Source: Cobetia sp. cqz5-12
GTDB taxonomy: Bacteria > Pseudomonadota > Gammaproteobacteria > Pseudomonadales > Halomonadaceae
Direction of reading: 5' to 3'
Assembly: GCF_016495405.1 (NCBI RefSeq)
Contig: NZ_CP044522.1
Location: forward strand, 2,991,638-3,023,637
DNA length: 32,000 nt
Below, piece by piece: positions 17,031 through 26,984 of this stretch. The notes under the pieces are model-generated. The model had not been told where the DNA came from and searched no databases. It was given only the letters and a program-made list of their open reading frames with translations. Position 1 is the stretch's first letter. Each line of letters starts with the position of its first letter. The translations under genes and the position numbers were made by a program.

Positions 17031-18296
17031 TCAGCGCACGCTGACCGGTTCTCCTGATGCGGCGTCCTGGCGCTCGGCGACCGCATCATCGGCACGCGCG
17101 AAGCGATCCACCACGGCGGCGCAGGCCGCGTCACCGGTGATGTTGAGCGCGGTGCGCGTCATGTCGAAGATACGATCCAGCGCGAACAGCAGCGGCAGGC
17201 CCTCGATGGGAATGCCGGCCGCCAGCAGCACGGCAACCACCAGGAAAGACGGCCCCGGCACACCGGCCTGACCGATGGCCCCCAGAGTCGCGGTGAACAC
17301 GATGGCAGCGTAGGCAGAGAAACCGAGATCGACGTTGAAGACCTGAGCGAAGAACATCGCCACCAGCCCGTAATAGATGGCATTGCCGCTCATGTTGATG
17401 GTCGCGCCCAGCGGCAGCACGAAGGCAGAGGTGGCGTTCTTGAGGCCCAGCTCCTTCTCGCAGACTTCCATGTTGACCGGCAGGGTCGCCATGGAGGACG
17501 CCGTGGACAGCGCGACGGCCTGCGGCTTCTTCATCGCGGACATGAAGCGACCCAACGGCACGTCAGAGCCGAACTTGACCACCAGCGGGTAGAACACGAA
17601 GCCGTAGATGAGAATCGCGCCCATGTAGACGAGGAACAGCTTCATCACCAGCGTCAGTACATCGAAGCCGAAGGTGCCGACAGCGTCCGCCATCAGGCCG
17701 AAGACGCCGATCGGCGCGATCAGCATCACCACGTTGATCATCCACACGAAGGCCTCGATGACGGTGTTCAGACCTTCGATCAGTGGCTTGCCACGCTCAC
17801 CGGTCTTGGACAGACCAATGCCGAGGAACAGGCAGAACACCAGAATCTGCAGAATGTTGGCATCGGTGAGTGCACCGAAGATGTTGGTCGGCACCATGCC
17901 CAGAATGGTATCCATCACGCCCGGTACGCTGCCCTTGTCGGCGTAGGCGTTGGAGAACATGCCCTTGGCGCTTTCCAGGTCCACTCCGCTGCCCGGCTGG
18001 AAGACATGCCCCATCACCAATGCCAGCATCACGGCCACGGCGGAGGTCAGCATGAAGAAGGCGAAGGTGGAGAGACCGATCTTGCCGGCAGAAGGGCTGT
18101 CGCCCAGATTGGCGGCTCCCGACACGATGGAGACCGCGATAAGCGGCACGACCAGCATCTTGATCAGGTGAATGAACAGCTCACCCAGTGGCGCGAACAT
18201 CGAGGCGTCTTCGCCCATGTAAGCGCCTACACCAGCGCCCAGTATCATGGCGATGACTACCTGGACGCCGATGTTCTTCCATAAAGACTGTTTCAC
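17031..18296 (-). CDS. Dicarboxylate/amino acid:cation symporter (DAACS/SDF family, GltP/DctA-like)
   Basis: Polytopic membrane protein with SDF-family motifs (SSMATLPVNM, PLGATINMSGNAIY, ALDRIFDMTRTALNITGD). The likely start is the GTG at 18296 (MKQSLWKNIGVQ...) preceded by AAGGTAG. The ORF-track start at 18350 adds 18 non-homologous residues. Confidence 0.85.
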   Translation of the reverse strand: MKQSLWKNIGVQVVIAMILGAGVGAYMGEDASMFAPLGELFIHLIKMLVVPLIAVSIVSGAANLGDSPSAGKIGLSTFAFFMLTSAVAVMLALVMGHVFQPGSGVDLESAKGMFSNAYADKGSVPGVMDTILGMVPTNIFGALTDANILQILVFCLFLGIGLSKTGERGKPLIEGLNTVIEAFVWMINVVMLIAPIGVFGLMADAVGTFGFDVLTLVMKLFLVYMGAILIYGFVFYPLVVKFGSDVPLGRFMSAMKKPQAVALSTASSMATLPVNMEVCEKELGLKNATSAFVLPLGATINMSGNAIYYGLVAMFFAQVFNVDLGFSAYAAIVFTATLGAIGQAGVPGPSFLVVAVLLAAGIPIEGLPLLFALDRIFDMTRTALNITGDAACAAVVDRFARADDAVAERQDAASGEPVSVR

Positions 18297-18585
18297 GTTA
18301 CGACTACCTTGGATTGTGTCTGAAAGGTCGGTTGTTGCGTGCCACCGCATTGCTGGCTACCGGTGAGGCCTGCCGTCATGGCCACCATGGATATTGTGGT
18401 CAGCGGGGTGGCTGGGATTATAAATGACTGCCTTTTCCACACGAGGCAGGATGATCATCATTTAGTCGCGGATTCGAGATCATTTTGTTGCTATTTGTTA
18501 CGAACTGACATGTATCTGCCGGCTTCTACACCATTGGTCTAATGCCTGAACTGACCAATCATTCAAGTTTCAAGCGCGAAACGAA

Positions 18586-18620
18586 AAGCGCCCACCGCAC
18601 GTTGAGTGCGATGGGCGCCC
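18586..18620 (-). terminator. Rho-independent terminator of ppsA
   Basis: GCGCCCACCGCAC (18588-18600) pairs with GTGCGATGGGCGC (18606-18618) with one mismatch. On the minus strand the stem is followed by TTTTCG. Confidence 0.7.
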
Positions 18621-18679
18621 TGAGTGACAACCACCCTCTGCGCCTCAGCGCGTCAGGTCACCGTCGTGGAAAGCCTGGG

Positions 18680-21067
18680 TTACACCAGCTCCTTGTCCGC
18701 CAGCATGAACCAGGTTTCCAGCACGGAATCCGGGTTGAGGGAGACGCTGTCGATGCCCTCTTCCATCAACCACTTGGCCAGCTCCGGATGGTCTGACGGG
18801 CCCTGGCCACAGATGCCGACGTACTTGCCCTGCGCCTTGCAGGCACGGATCGCCATCGACATCAGCTGCTTGACCGCCGGATTACGCTCATCGAAGAGGT
18901 GAGCGACGATACCGGAGTCGCGATCCAGCCCCAGGGTCAGCTGGGTCAGGTCGTTGGAGCCGATGGAGAAACCATCGAAGTGCTCGAGGAACTGATCCGC
19001 CAGCAGCGCATTGGTCGGCAACTCGCACATCATGATGACGCGCAGGCCGTTCTCGCCACGTACCAGACCATTCTCGCCCAGTAGCTTGATGACCTGCTCC
19101 GCCTCGCCGGTGGTACGCACGAAGGGCACCATGATCTCGACGTTGGTCAGCCCCATCTCGTCACGCACGCGCTTGAGGGCACGGCATTCCAGATCGAAGC
19201 AGTCGCGGAAGGTGTCGGACACGTAGCGCGAGGCGCCACGGAAGCCCAGCATCGGATTCTCTTCGCCCGGCTCGTACATCTTGCCGCCGATCAGGTTCTC
19301 GTACTCGTTGGACTTGAAGTCCGACATGCGCACGATGACCTTCTGCGGGTGGAAGGCAGCCGCCAGGGTGGAGATGCCCTCGACCAGCTTGTCGACATAG
19401 AAGTCGACCGGACTTGCGTAGCCGGCGGTGCGCGCATCGATGGTCTGCTGCAGGTCGATGGGCAGGGTGGCGTAGTCGAGCAGCGCCTTGGGGTGCACGC
19501 CGATCATGCGGTTGATGATGAACTCGAGACGTGCCAGACCCACGCCGGCATTCGGCAGACGCGAGAAGCTGAAGGCACGGTCCGGGTTGCCGACGTTCAT
19601 CATGATCTTGAACGGAATCTCCGGCATCTCGTTGACGCTGGTGACAGTGCGATCGAAGTTGAGGATGCCGTCATAGACATGACCGGTATCGCCTTCGGCG
19701 CAGGAGACCGTCACTTCACGGCCTTCGGCGAGCACCGAGGTCGCGTCGCCACAGCCGACCACGGCCGGAATGCCCAGCTCACGCGCGATGATCGCCGCGT
19801 GGCAGGTACGGCCGCCACGGTTGGTGACGATGGCGGAAGCGCGCTTCATGACCGGCTCCCAGTCCGGGTCGGTCATGTCGGTGACCAGCACGTCGCCGAC
19901 CTGGACCTTGTCCATCTGCTCCGGGTTGTCGATCACGCGTACCGCGCCCTGGCCGATACGCTGGCCGATGGCACGCCCGGTGACCAGAGTGCGGCCCTTC
20001 TCGCGTAGCTGGAAGCGCTCGAGGTTGCCGCCCTCTTCCTGGCTGACGACCGTTTCCGGGCGCGCCTGGACGATGTAGAGCTTGCCGTCGTCACCATCAC
20101 GCGCCCACTCGATGTCCATCGGGCGCTGGTAGTGCTTCTCGATGATCATGGCCTGGCGCGCCAGAGCCTCGACATCGGCATCGCTGATGCAGAAACGATG
20201 ACGGTCCGGCACCGGCACGTCGACGGTCGCCACGGAACGCCCGGCGCTGGTGTCGTCGGTGTAGACCATCTTGATCAGCTTGGAGCCCAGGTTGCGGCGC
20301 AGTACCGCCGGACGGCCGGCAGCCAGCGTGGTCTTGTGGACGTAGAACTCGTCAGGATTGACCGCGCCCTGCACCACGGTCTCGCCCAGCCCCCAGGAGC
20401 CGGTGACGAAGACGGCGTCGCGGTAGCCGGATTCGGTGTCCAGGGTGAACATCACGCCGGAAGCGGCCGTCTCGGAGCGCACCATCTTCTGCACGCCGGC
20501 AGACAGCGCGACCAGAGAGTGATCGAAGCCCTTGTGCACGCGGTAGGAAATGGCGCGGTCGTTGAACAGTGACGCGAACACCTCGTGAACCGCACGCTTG
20601 ATGTTGTCGAAACCTTCGATGTTGAGGAAGGTTTCCTGCTGACCGGCGAAGGAGGCGTCCGGCAGGTCTTCCGCGGTGGCGGAAGAACGCACGGCGACCT
20701 TCAGGTTCGGGTGTCTGGCCTGAAGCTCGGCATAGGCCCGTTCCATCTCGGCCTCGAAGGCCGGCGGCAGCGGCGTGTCGATGATCCACTGACGAATCTC
20801 GGCACCGACGCGCGCCAGTTCGACCACGTCGTCCACATCGAGGGCATCGAGGGCAGCATTGATACGCTTGTCGAGGCCTTCGTGGGCCAGAAACTCGCGA
20901 TAGGCATAGGAGGTAGTCGCAAAGCCGCCGGGCACGGTGACACCGGCATCGGCCAGATTGGAGATCATCTCACCGAGCGAGGCGTTCTTGCCGCCAACGC
21001 GATCAACATCGTTCATGCCGAGCTGATCGAAATCGACGACGTATTCGGATGTGGCTTGCTGTGACAA
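18680..21067 (-). CDS. ppsA: Phosphoenolpyruvate synthase
   Basis: Collinear with E. coli PpsA ([20 protein letters not shown]; phosphohistidine loop [21 protein letters not shown]; C-terminal GICGQGPSD). The ORF-track start at 21148 is a GTG adding about 27 residues. The TTG at 21067, preceded by AGGGGG 5 nt upstream, gives an N-terminus matching E. coli in length. Confidence 0.95.
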   Translation of the reverse strand: MSQQATSEYVVDFDQLGMNDVDRVGGKNASLGEMISNLADAGVTVPGGFATTSYAYREFLAHEGLDKRINAALDALDVDDVVELARVGAEIRQWIIDTPLPPAFEAEMERAYAELQARHPNLKVAVRSSATAEDLPDASFAGQQETFLNIEGFDNIKRAVHEVFASLFNDRAISYRVHKGFDHSLVALSAGVQKMVRSETAASGVMFTLDTESGYRDAVFVTGSWGLGETVVQGAVNPDEFYVHKTTLAAGRPAVLRRNLGSKLIKMVYTDDTSAGRSVATVDVPVPDRHRFCISDADVEALARQAMIIEKHYQRPMDIEWARDGDDGKLYIVQARPETVVSQEEGGNLERFQLREKGRTLVTGRAIGQRIGQGAVRVIDNPEQMDKVQVGDVLVTDMTDPDWEPVMKRASAIVTNRGGRTCHAAIIARELGIPAVVGCGDATSVLAEGREVTVSCAEGDTGHVYDGILNFDRTVTSVNEMPEIPFKIMMNVGNPDRAFSFSRLPNAGVGLARLEFIINRMIGVHPKALLDYATLPIDLQQTIDARTAGYASPVDFYVDKLVEGISTLAAAFHPQKVIVRMSDFKSNEYENLIGGKMYEPGEENPMLGFRGASRYVSDTFRDCFDLECRALKRVRDEMGLTNVEIMVPFVRTTGEAEQVIKLLGENGLVRGENGLRVIMMCELPTNALLADQFLEHFDGFSIGSNDLTQLTLGLDRDSGIVAHLFDERNPAVKQLMSMAIRACKAQGKYVGICGQGPSDHPELAKWLMEEGIDSVSLNPDSVLETWFMLADKELV

Positions 21068-21462
21068 GGGAACCCCCTGGTACCAATGGATGGAAACGAA
21101 TGACCGATGGAGGACGATGAACCGCCTTCCGTTCAGCAATGACGCCACCCTAACAAGCTCTCTCTAGTATTAGCCATTGGTCTAACCGGCTAGTCAGTGG
21201 AGGAGGACTACAACCCTGAGCCTGTTTCAGGCGTTCTGTCGCCATCGTCGGCGAACATGTCGACAAGCCAGAAACGGCCGCTACAGGAATGTAGTCATGA
21301 GGCGCATTGGTAGAGAACGGGAACACGGGATTTCTCATATCGCGCCACTGGCCCTGTGCCGGATATTGCAAGCTCGACAGTGAACGCCGACACTTGGGGT
21401 CTTCACGGGGCAACAGCCTGAGCGGGCTGGTGTCTTCGATTCGTTCTTCACGAGTGCCCGTC

Positions 21463-22296
21463 ATGACCCGAACCGCCTTCTTCATTTCCGATGGCACCGG
21501 CATCACCGCCGAGACACTGGGGCGCAGTCTGCTGGCCCAGTTCGAGAACACCGACATCCGCATGGTGACCAAGCCCTACATCGATTCGGCCGAAAAGGCG
21601 ACAGCACTGGTCAAGGCCATCGAGAGCGCGCATGCCAACGACGGCGAGCGCCCGATCATCATCGACACCATCGTCGACCAGAACATCCGTGACATCATCT
21701 CCGAATCCTCCGGCTTCAAGGTCGACATCTTCTCGACCTTCCTCAAGCCGCTGGAAGAAGAACTGGATACCCACTCTTCCTACAGTGTCGGCAAGACCCA
21801 CTCCATCGGGCAGGACGACGTCTACATGAATCGCATCGATTCGGTGCATTTCGCCCTCGACAACGATGATGGCGCGCGCACGCATCAATACGACAAGGCC
21901 GACGTCATCCTCATCGGCGTCTCACGCTGCGGCAAGACGCCGACCTCGCTGTATCTGGCGCTGCAGTTCGGTATCCGCGCGGCCAACTACCCGCTGACCG
22001 AGGATGATCTGGACGAGTCCGGCACCCTCAAGATGCCGGCGTCGCTGGCACCTTACCGCCACAAGCTGTTCGGGCTGACCATCGACCCGCGCCGCCTGGC
22101 CGCCATCCGCACCGAGCGTCGCCCCAACAGTCGCTACTGCTCGATCGATCAGTGTCTGCAGGAAGTCGAGCAGACCGAGGCACTCTTCCGCCGCTCCAAG
22201 GTGCCCTACATCGACACCACGCGTTTCTCGATCGAGGAGATCTCGACACGCATGATCGCCGAGACCGGCCTGGCACGCCGCTTCTCACCGCGCTGA
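21463..22296 (+). CDS. ppsR: PEP synthase regulatory protein (bifunctional kinase / pyrophosphorylase, DUF299)
   Basis: The ATG at 21463 ([20 protein letters not shown]...) is collinear with E. coli PpsR/YdiA ([46 protein letters not shown]). The gene is divergent from ppsA, as is typical. Confidence 0.92.
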   Translation: MTRTAFFISDGTGITAETLGRSLLAQFENTDIRMVTKPYIDSAEKATALVKAIESAHANDGERPIIIDTIVDQNIRDIISESSGFKVDIFSTFLKPLEEELDTHSSYSVGKTHSIGQDDVYMNRIDSVHFALDNDDGARTHQYDKADVILIGVSRCGKTPTSLYLALQFGIRAANYPLTEDDLDESGTLKMPASLAPYRHKLFGLTIDPRRLAAIRTERRPNSRYCSIDQCLQEVEQTEALFRRSKVPYIDTTRFSIEEISTRMIAETGLARRFSPR

Positions 22297-22398
22297 CCCC
22301 GACGTCAGATCATCAAGAGTCGCTCACGGCAACACACGTCGACCACGTCTCGACACATCGACCACAACAACACCGCTACTCACCCAGGAAACCCTCCC

Positions 22399-22686
22399 AT
22401 GTTCAACACCAACCACTACTTCGACGGCCAGGTGGCCTCCATCGCCTTCCAGAGCGCTGACCTTCCTGCCACGATCGGCGTGATGGCCATCGGCGAATTC
22501 GTGTTCTCCACCAGCCAACGCGAATACATGACGCTGATCAGCGGCGATATGCAGGTACTGCTGCCGGGCGCGGAAGAGTGGTACCAGCTCGCCGCCGGCG
22601 AAAGCTTCATCGTCGAAGCCAACCAGAGCTTCGAGGTGCGCACCACGGTCGAGTCCGCCTATCTGTGCAAGTACGAAGACGCCTAA
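22399..22686 (+). CDS. ppnP: Pyrimidine/purine nucleoside phosphorylase (YaiE/DUF1255, cupin)
   Basis: 95-aa ORF collinear with E. coli PpnP (NHYFDGQV.SI.F, GVM..GE..FST...E.M..ISG...VLLPG, YLC.Y). Confidence 0.88.
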   Translation: MFNTNHYFDGQVASIAFQSADLPATIGVMAIGEFVFSTSQREYMTLISGDMQVLLPGAEEWYQLAAGESFIVEANQSFEVRTTVESAYLCKYEDA

Positions 22687-22744
22687 GGCACTGGGAAAAA
22701 ACCGCCTAAGGCACTGGGAAACGAAGCCCAAGGCACTGAAAGCC
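22681..22744 (+). repeat. Tandem 22-23-nt repeat (about 2.8 copies) spanning the ppnP stop codon
   Basis: GCCTAAGGCACTGGGAAAAAACC (22681-22703), GCCTAAGGCACTGGGAAACGAA (22704-22725) and GCCCAAGGCACTGAAAGCC (22726-22744). The first copy contains the last sense codon and the TAA stop. Confidence 0.65.
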
Positions 22745-22750
22745 TGACAT

Positions 22751-22793
22751 GAAAAAAGCCGCCGTCCCCTCTCGGGCACGGCGGCTTTTTTCA
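22751..22793. terminator. Bidirectional Rho-independent terminator between convergent ppnP and the MATE gene
   Basis: AAAAAAGCCGCCG ... CGGCGGCTTTTTT: stem 22756-22764 pairs with 22779-22787, flanked by an A-run and a T-run. Confidence 0.82.
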
Positions 22794-22821
22794 TCACGAC
22801 GACTGCCTCTCGCTACCCGGC

Positions 22822-24201
22822 TCAGGCGCGTCGCCTGAGTACCGAACGCAGCGCCAGATAGCTGATGCCGCCCATCAACAGGTAGCTTGTCGCCACCCCG
22901 GCAAAGATGCCGATCACGCCATACAGGGTACCGCCCAGCCAGGCCAGCGGCACCAGCAAGGCAAACAGACGCACCAGCGAGAGTGTCATCGCGCGGCGCG
23001 GCTTGTGCAGCGCATTGAGACTGGAATTGGCGAGAATGATCACGCCCTGGGCCCCGAGGGCGGCGGGTATCAGCCACAGATAGGTGCTGACCAGCGCCGC
23101 GACCTCCTCACTCTCGGCGAAACGCGCCGCGATCCACTCACCGCCAAGCCCCAGCCCCAGCCAGACGACCAGCTGCCAGACGAAAATGAAGGCCAGCACG
23201 CCGTGGATGGCGCGCCACACGCGCTGCTGCTGCCCGGCGCCGTCGTTCTGACTGATGAAGGGCGACAGCGTCATGGACAGCGCCAGCACCAGAATCAGCG
23301 CCAGCGACTCGATGCGCGAACCGATACCGTAAGCCGCCACCGCCGCGTGTCCATGCTGACTGACGATACGCGTGACCAGCGCAGTGGCAATCGGCGTCAT
23401 CACGCTGGTCAGCGCGGCAGGCAGACCGATCGCCCCGACCTCGCGCCATGACGTCACCAGCCGCGTCACGCTCAGGTGACGGAAATCGAGCCGCGCGCGC
23501 AGCAGTGGCAATGCCAGCAAGCCCAGCGTCATCGCCAGCCACGACAGCACCGTGGCCAGCGCCGCGCCCGCAACCCCCATGCCCTGCCAGTCACCGATGC
23601 CGAAGATCAGCAGCGGGTCGAGCAGCGCATTGAGCACTCCCGCCGCCGCCATCACCAACGAGGGGACCAGCGTATTGCCCTCGGCGCGCAGCACGCTGCC
23701 CAGCACACGCGGCAGCAACACGAAGGGCGCGCCGAAATACCACACCTGCATATAGTCGCGGATATGCGGCATCAAGGTGTCATCGGCCCCCAGCAGCCCG
23801 AACAGTGGTTCAATGCTGGCAAGCCCCAGCACCAGCATCACCAGCCCCAGCAGCAGCCCCAGCAGACTGGCATCCGTGGTACGCGCCTTGACCGTCTCGA
23901 ACTCGCCGCGCCCGAGCCTGCGCCCCACCACGGCGGTGGTGCCGATGGACAGGCCGATGGCGATGCTGATGACGGCAAAGGTCACCGGAAAGGTGAAGGT
24001 GACCGCCGCCAGCTCCGCAGTGCCCAGCTGGGCAATGAACCAGGCGTCCACCAGATTGAACAGCATCATGGTGACGATGCCGCCGATCACCGGTCCCGTC
24101 ATGCGGGCAAGCGTCGAGGCAATCGGGTCACGCAGCAGGTCACGCGTACCACGCCGAGACGAGGCACGCTTGGGGGTGGCAGGGGTATCAGGGTCAGACA
24201 T
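22822..24201 (-). CDS. MATE family efflux transporter
   Basis: 459-aa polytopic protein from the ATG at 24201 (GGAG upstream). The N-terminus (LLRDPIASTLARMTGPVIGGIVTMMLFNLVDAWFIAQLG..ELAAV) and about 12 predicted hydrophobic helices are typical of the NorM/DinF-type MATE family. Confidence 0.85.
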   Translation of the reverse strand: MSDPDTPATPKRASSRRGTRDLLRDPIASTLARMTGPVIGGIVTMMLFNLVDAWFIAQLGTAELAAVTFTFPVTFAVISIAIGLSIGTTAVVGRRLGRGEFETVKARTTDASLLGLLLGLVMLVLGLASIEPLFGLLGADDTLMPHIRDYMQVWYFGAPFVLLPRVLGSVLRAEGNTLVPSLVMAAAGVLNALLDPLLIFGIGDWQGMGVAGAALATVLSWLAMTLGLLALPLLRARLDFRHLSVTRLVTSWREVGAIGLPAALTSVMTPIATALVTRIVSQHGHAAVAAYGIGSRIESLALILVLALSMTLSPFISQNDGAGQQQRVWRAIHGVLAFIFVWQLVVWLGLGLGGEWIAARFAESEEVAALVSTYLWLIPAALGAQGVIILANSSLNALHKPRRAMTLSLVRLFALLVPLAWLGGTLYGVIGIFAGVATSYLLMGGISYLALRSVLRRRA

Positions 24202-24216
24202 ACAGGCTCCGGACAG

Positions 24217-24252
24217 AAAACGACCCCGACCGGCGAGGCGCCAGCGGGGTCG
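24217..24252 (-). terminator. Terminator-like hairpin downstream of the rhodanese gene, immediately upstream of the MATE RBS
   Basis: The minus strand reads CGACCCCG-(16 nt, with internal GGCG/CGCC pairing)-CGGGGTCG, then TTTTCTGTCCGGAGCCTGTATG. The U-run therefore abuts the MATE Shine-Dalgarno sequence. Confidence 0.55.
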
Positions 24253-24321
24253 AACAGTGTAAAGCATCAGCGTGTCAGATGAGGGGCAACGCCGGATCGC
24301 ATCGAGCATTCCCACGCTGCA

Positions 24322-24735
24322 TCAGTTGCCCTGCATGAAGGGCGAGACGACCTCTCCCCCCGACTCACGCCAGGCCGCGAAGCCGCCACCCAGATGGGCG
24401 ACCGGCCCGAAACCCATGTCCTTGAGCGACTTGGTAGCCAGTGCCGAGCGCAGCCCACCAGCGCAGAACAGCACATAGCGGCCTTCGCGCGCGAAGTCGG
24501 CGCGGTGATAGGGTGAGGCCGGGTCGACCCAGAACTCCAGCATACCGCGCGGCGCATGGATGGCACCGGGAATGCGCCCTTCCCGCTCCAGCTCCCGCAC
24601 ATCGCGGATATCCACCAGCGTCAGGGGCGTACCGCCGGCGCGCGCCGCTTCCAGCGCCTCGCGCAGCTCACGGGGCGACAGGGTCTCGATCTCCGCCTCG
24701 GCGGCTGCCACCAGCTCACTGACCGGTCGAATCAT
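24322..24735 (-). CDS. Single-domain rhodanese-like sulfurtransferase
   Basis: 137-aa product from the ATG at 24735 (AAGGAGAG upstream). It has a rhodanese fold signature with the active-site loop FCAGGLRS and LVDIRDVRELEREGRIPGAIH. It lies 64 nt downstream of mmsB with no terminator in between. Confidence 0.8.
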   Translation of the reverse strand: MIRPVSELVAAAEAEIETLSPRELREALEAARAGGTPLTLVDIRDVRELEREGRIPGAIHAPRGMLEFWVDPASPYHRADFAREGRYVLFCAGGLRSALATKSLKDMGFGPVAHLGGGFAAWRESGGEVVSPFMQGN

Positions 24736-24799
24736 GGGGTGCTCTCCTTGCAGATGATGTTGTGCTCGGGGGCATGTCAGCGGCTGGCTGAGTGATAGC

Positions 24800-25714
24800 T
24801 CACGCATCGGCCTCGCCGCAGCGATAGAAGCGCTGGATGCTCGAGAAATCGAGGCGTCCTGCACCCTGGGCAGCATGCTGGACGAAAAGATTGCGCGCCT
24901 GGGAGCCCATTGGCACCGCCGATTTCGAGCCCAGCGCCATTTCCCAGGCAAGTCCCAGGTCCTTGGTCATGAGGTCCACCAGGAAGCCGCCCTGATAATC
25001 ATTGGAAGCCGGTGCGGCTTCCATCACGCCAGGCCAGGGGTTGTAGACGTTGAGTGCCCAGTTTCCGCCGGAGGACTGCTTCATCACCTCCGAGAGCACG
25101 GCCGGGTCCAGTCCGTTCTTGACCCCCAGCGCCAATGCCTCGGCGGTGCCACTCATCAGGATGCCCAGCAGCATGTTGTTGCAGATCTTGGCGACCTGAC
25201 CGCTACCGGCCGGGCCGGCATGGAACAGATTCTTGCCCATCACTTCCAGCAGCGGCACGGCACGCGCATAGCCTTCATCCGGCCCCCCGACGATGAAGCT
25301 CAAGGTTCCCGCACGCGCCCCGCCGACACCACCGGACACCGGAGCATCCATGAAGGTGATGCCACGCTCGTCGGCATGGCGTGCGACCAGACGTGCATCA
25401 TCCGGCGCGATGGTCGAGGCGTCGATCACCAGTACCGAGGCGTCGAGCGCAGCCAGGAGGCCACCCGCGCCGTCTTCCTTGTCACCCAGATAGAGCTTTC
25501 GCACGTGCTGACCGGCCGGCAGCATGCTGATCAACACCTCGACACCTTCGACGATCTCTCCGGGAGATGCCGCGCGGGTAGCGCCCGCCTCGACCAGCTC
25601 GTTCATGGCCGACTCGACCAGATCGAAGACCCTTACCGCATGGCCAGCCTTGACCAGATTGAGCGCCATGGGCCCGCCCATGTTGCCGAGTCCGATGAAA
25701 CCGATGGATGTCAT
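24800..25714 (-). CDS. mmsB: 3-hydroxyisobutyrate dehydrogenase
   Basis: The ATG at 25714 is preceded by AAGGAAG. MTSIGFIGLGNMGGPMALNLVKAGH Rossmann N-terminus, and the rest resembles MmsB/HIBADH (DAPVSGGVGGARAGTLSFIVGG, GSGQVAKICNNM). The ORF-track ATG at 25750 lacks an SD sequence. Confidence 0.9.
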   Translation of the reverse strand: MTSIGFIGLGNMGGPMALNLVKAGHAVRVFDLVESAMNELVEAGATRAASPGEIVEGVEVLISMLPAGQHVRKLYLGDKEDGAGGLLAALDASVLVIDASTIAPDDARLVARHADERGITFMDAPVSGGVGGARAGTLSFIVGGPDEGYARAVPLLEVMGKNLFHAGPAGSGQVAKICNNMLLGILMSGTAEALALGVKNGLDPAVLSEVMKQSSGGNWALNVYNPWPGVMEAAPASNDYQGGFLVDLMTKDLGLAWEMALGSKSAVPMGSQARNLFVQHAAQGAGRLDFSSIQRFYRCGEADA

Positions 25715-25799
25715 GGCAATGCTTCCTTGTGTACAGATTCTTGTTGTCATTGGCGTCCGGCGGCAAGTCTGAGCCTGCTACCGGTGCTGAAAAGCGCGT

Positions 25800-26984
25800 T
25801 CAAAGATCCATCAGCGGATGCTCATCCTCTTCCCACAGCGGCGCGAAGAAGCCGTCGATGTATTCCTCGGAGACCTGAGCGATCGAGGCATAGGCCCACT
25901 GCGGCTGCTTGTCCTTGTCGATCAGCAGGGCGCGCACCCCTTCGGCAAGCTCGGTGCCCATGCAGCAGCGCACGGAAAGCGTCAGCTCGTCGCGGAAGGC
26001 CTCCGCCAGCGAGGAGTGGCGATGGCGGCCCAGCATGCGAAATACCAGATGCGGTGAGCTGGGGCAGCCGGCCAGCAGACGCTCGCGGTTGGCGTTCAGC
26101 CACGCATTGCAGTCACTGCGCGCCTGGGGGTCGTCGATGATTCGCTGGCAGGCCTTCAGCACTTCGCGCCCGGCGACCAGCTGCTGAAGGTGATCGAAGA
26201 GCGGCAGCACCTGCCCCGGCGGCGCCAGTTCACGGCGCTCGAACTCGCTCAGCACCTGGCTCAGATGACGCGACGGGTGACGGCCGAACTCCCCCTCGCA
26301 CAGCGCCTGCTTGAGCGCCTCGCGCTGCGCATCGGGAATCAGACGTGTCGCCAGCCCAAGATCCAGCGCATCGCGTGCATTCAGCTGCGCGCCGGTCGCG
26401 CCGAGATATTCTCCGATGCCACACGGCAGGCGATTGAGCAGCCAGCTGGCCCCGACATCCGGGTACAGGCCGATGCTGACTTCCGGCATCGCCAATCGTG
26501 AGCTTTCGGTGACCACGCGCTCACAACCGCCGGCGAACAGCCCCATGCCGCCGCCCATCACGATGCCGCCGCCCCACACCAGCAGCGGCTTGGGGAAGGT
26601 ATGCAGCCGGTGATCGAGCCGGTATTCGGCGGTGAAGTAGCGGGTGGCGAAGAAATCATCCAGCGCCTCGAGGGGATCTGCGCCTTCGCTGGCAGGCGCC
26701 GTGGTCATCGCCTGATAGAGCGCCACGATATCGCCACCGGCACACAGTGCACGCTCGCCGGCACCTTCCAGCCACACCATGGCGATGCTGCTGTCCAGCT
26801 CCCAGGCATCCAGCTGCGCCTCGATGGCCTCGATCATGGCCAGCGACAGCGCATTCAGCGAACGCGGCGCGTTCAGGCGCATGATGCCCAGCTGCTTGCC
26901 ATCGCGGGCGCGCCGCGTCTCGAACACCACGGGCGCCTCGACATCGGTCGCGGCCTTGGCGGTGACACCTTCTATCTGGCTCAT
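25800..26984 (-). CDS. 3-hydroxyisobutyryl-CoA hydrolase (ECH_2 family)
   Basis: 394 aa from the ATG at 26984, which overlaps the upstream stop as ATGA. Crotonase-fold N-terminal half with the HIBCH-like GGIVMGGGMGLFAG and MPEVSIGLYPDVG motifs, plus the C-terminal extension typical of HIBCH. Confidence 0.83.
   Translation of the reverse strand: MSQIEGVTAKAATDVEAPVVFETRRARDGKQLGIMRLNAPRSLNALSLAMIEAIEAQLDAWELDSSIAMVWLEGAGERALCAGGDIVALYQAMTTAPASEGADPLEALDDFFATRYFTAEYRLDHRLHTFPKPLLVWGGGIVMGGGMGLFAGGCERVVTESSRLAMPEVSIGLYPDVGASWLLNRLPCGIGEYLGATGAQLNARDALDLGLATRLIPDAQREALKQALCEGEFGRHPSRHLSQVLSEFERRELAPPGQVLPLFDHLQQLVAGREVLKACQRIIDDPQARSDCNAWLNANRERLLAGCPSSPHLVFRMLGRHRHSSLAEAFRDELTLSVRCCMGTELAEGVRALLIDKDKQPQWAYASIAQVSEEYIDGFFAPLWEEDEHPLMDL

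Noticed and set aside
18531-21185. The identical 12-mer CCATTGGTCTAA on both sides of ppsA (18531-18542 and 21174-21185, same orientation), which could suggest a flanking direct repeat or a shared operator.
   Set aside because: Rough expectation for exact 12-mer pairs in a 32-kb window is tens of chance occurrences. The match does not extend beyond 12 nt, and nothing else suggests ppsA mobility, since ppsA and ppsR are in their canonical divergent arrangement.
21220-21232. The small palindrome GCCTGTTTCAGGC in the ppsA-ppsR intergenic region, considered as a Cra/FruR-like site because ppsA is Cra-activated in enterics.
   Set aside because: Only one half-site (CTGAAAC) resembles the Cra consensus, and the other half does not. 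Whether this lineage even uses Cra for ppsA is unknown.
24202-24321. A possible riboswitch (for example guanidine or another efflux-associated class) upstream of the MATE gene.
   Set aside because: I could not recognise any known riboswitch consensus. There are no ACGR-loop hairpin pairs and no ykkC-like core. The hairpin is equally well explained as the terminator of the upstream operon. I kept it only as a structural observation.
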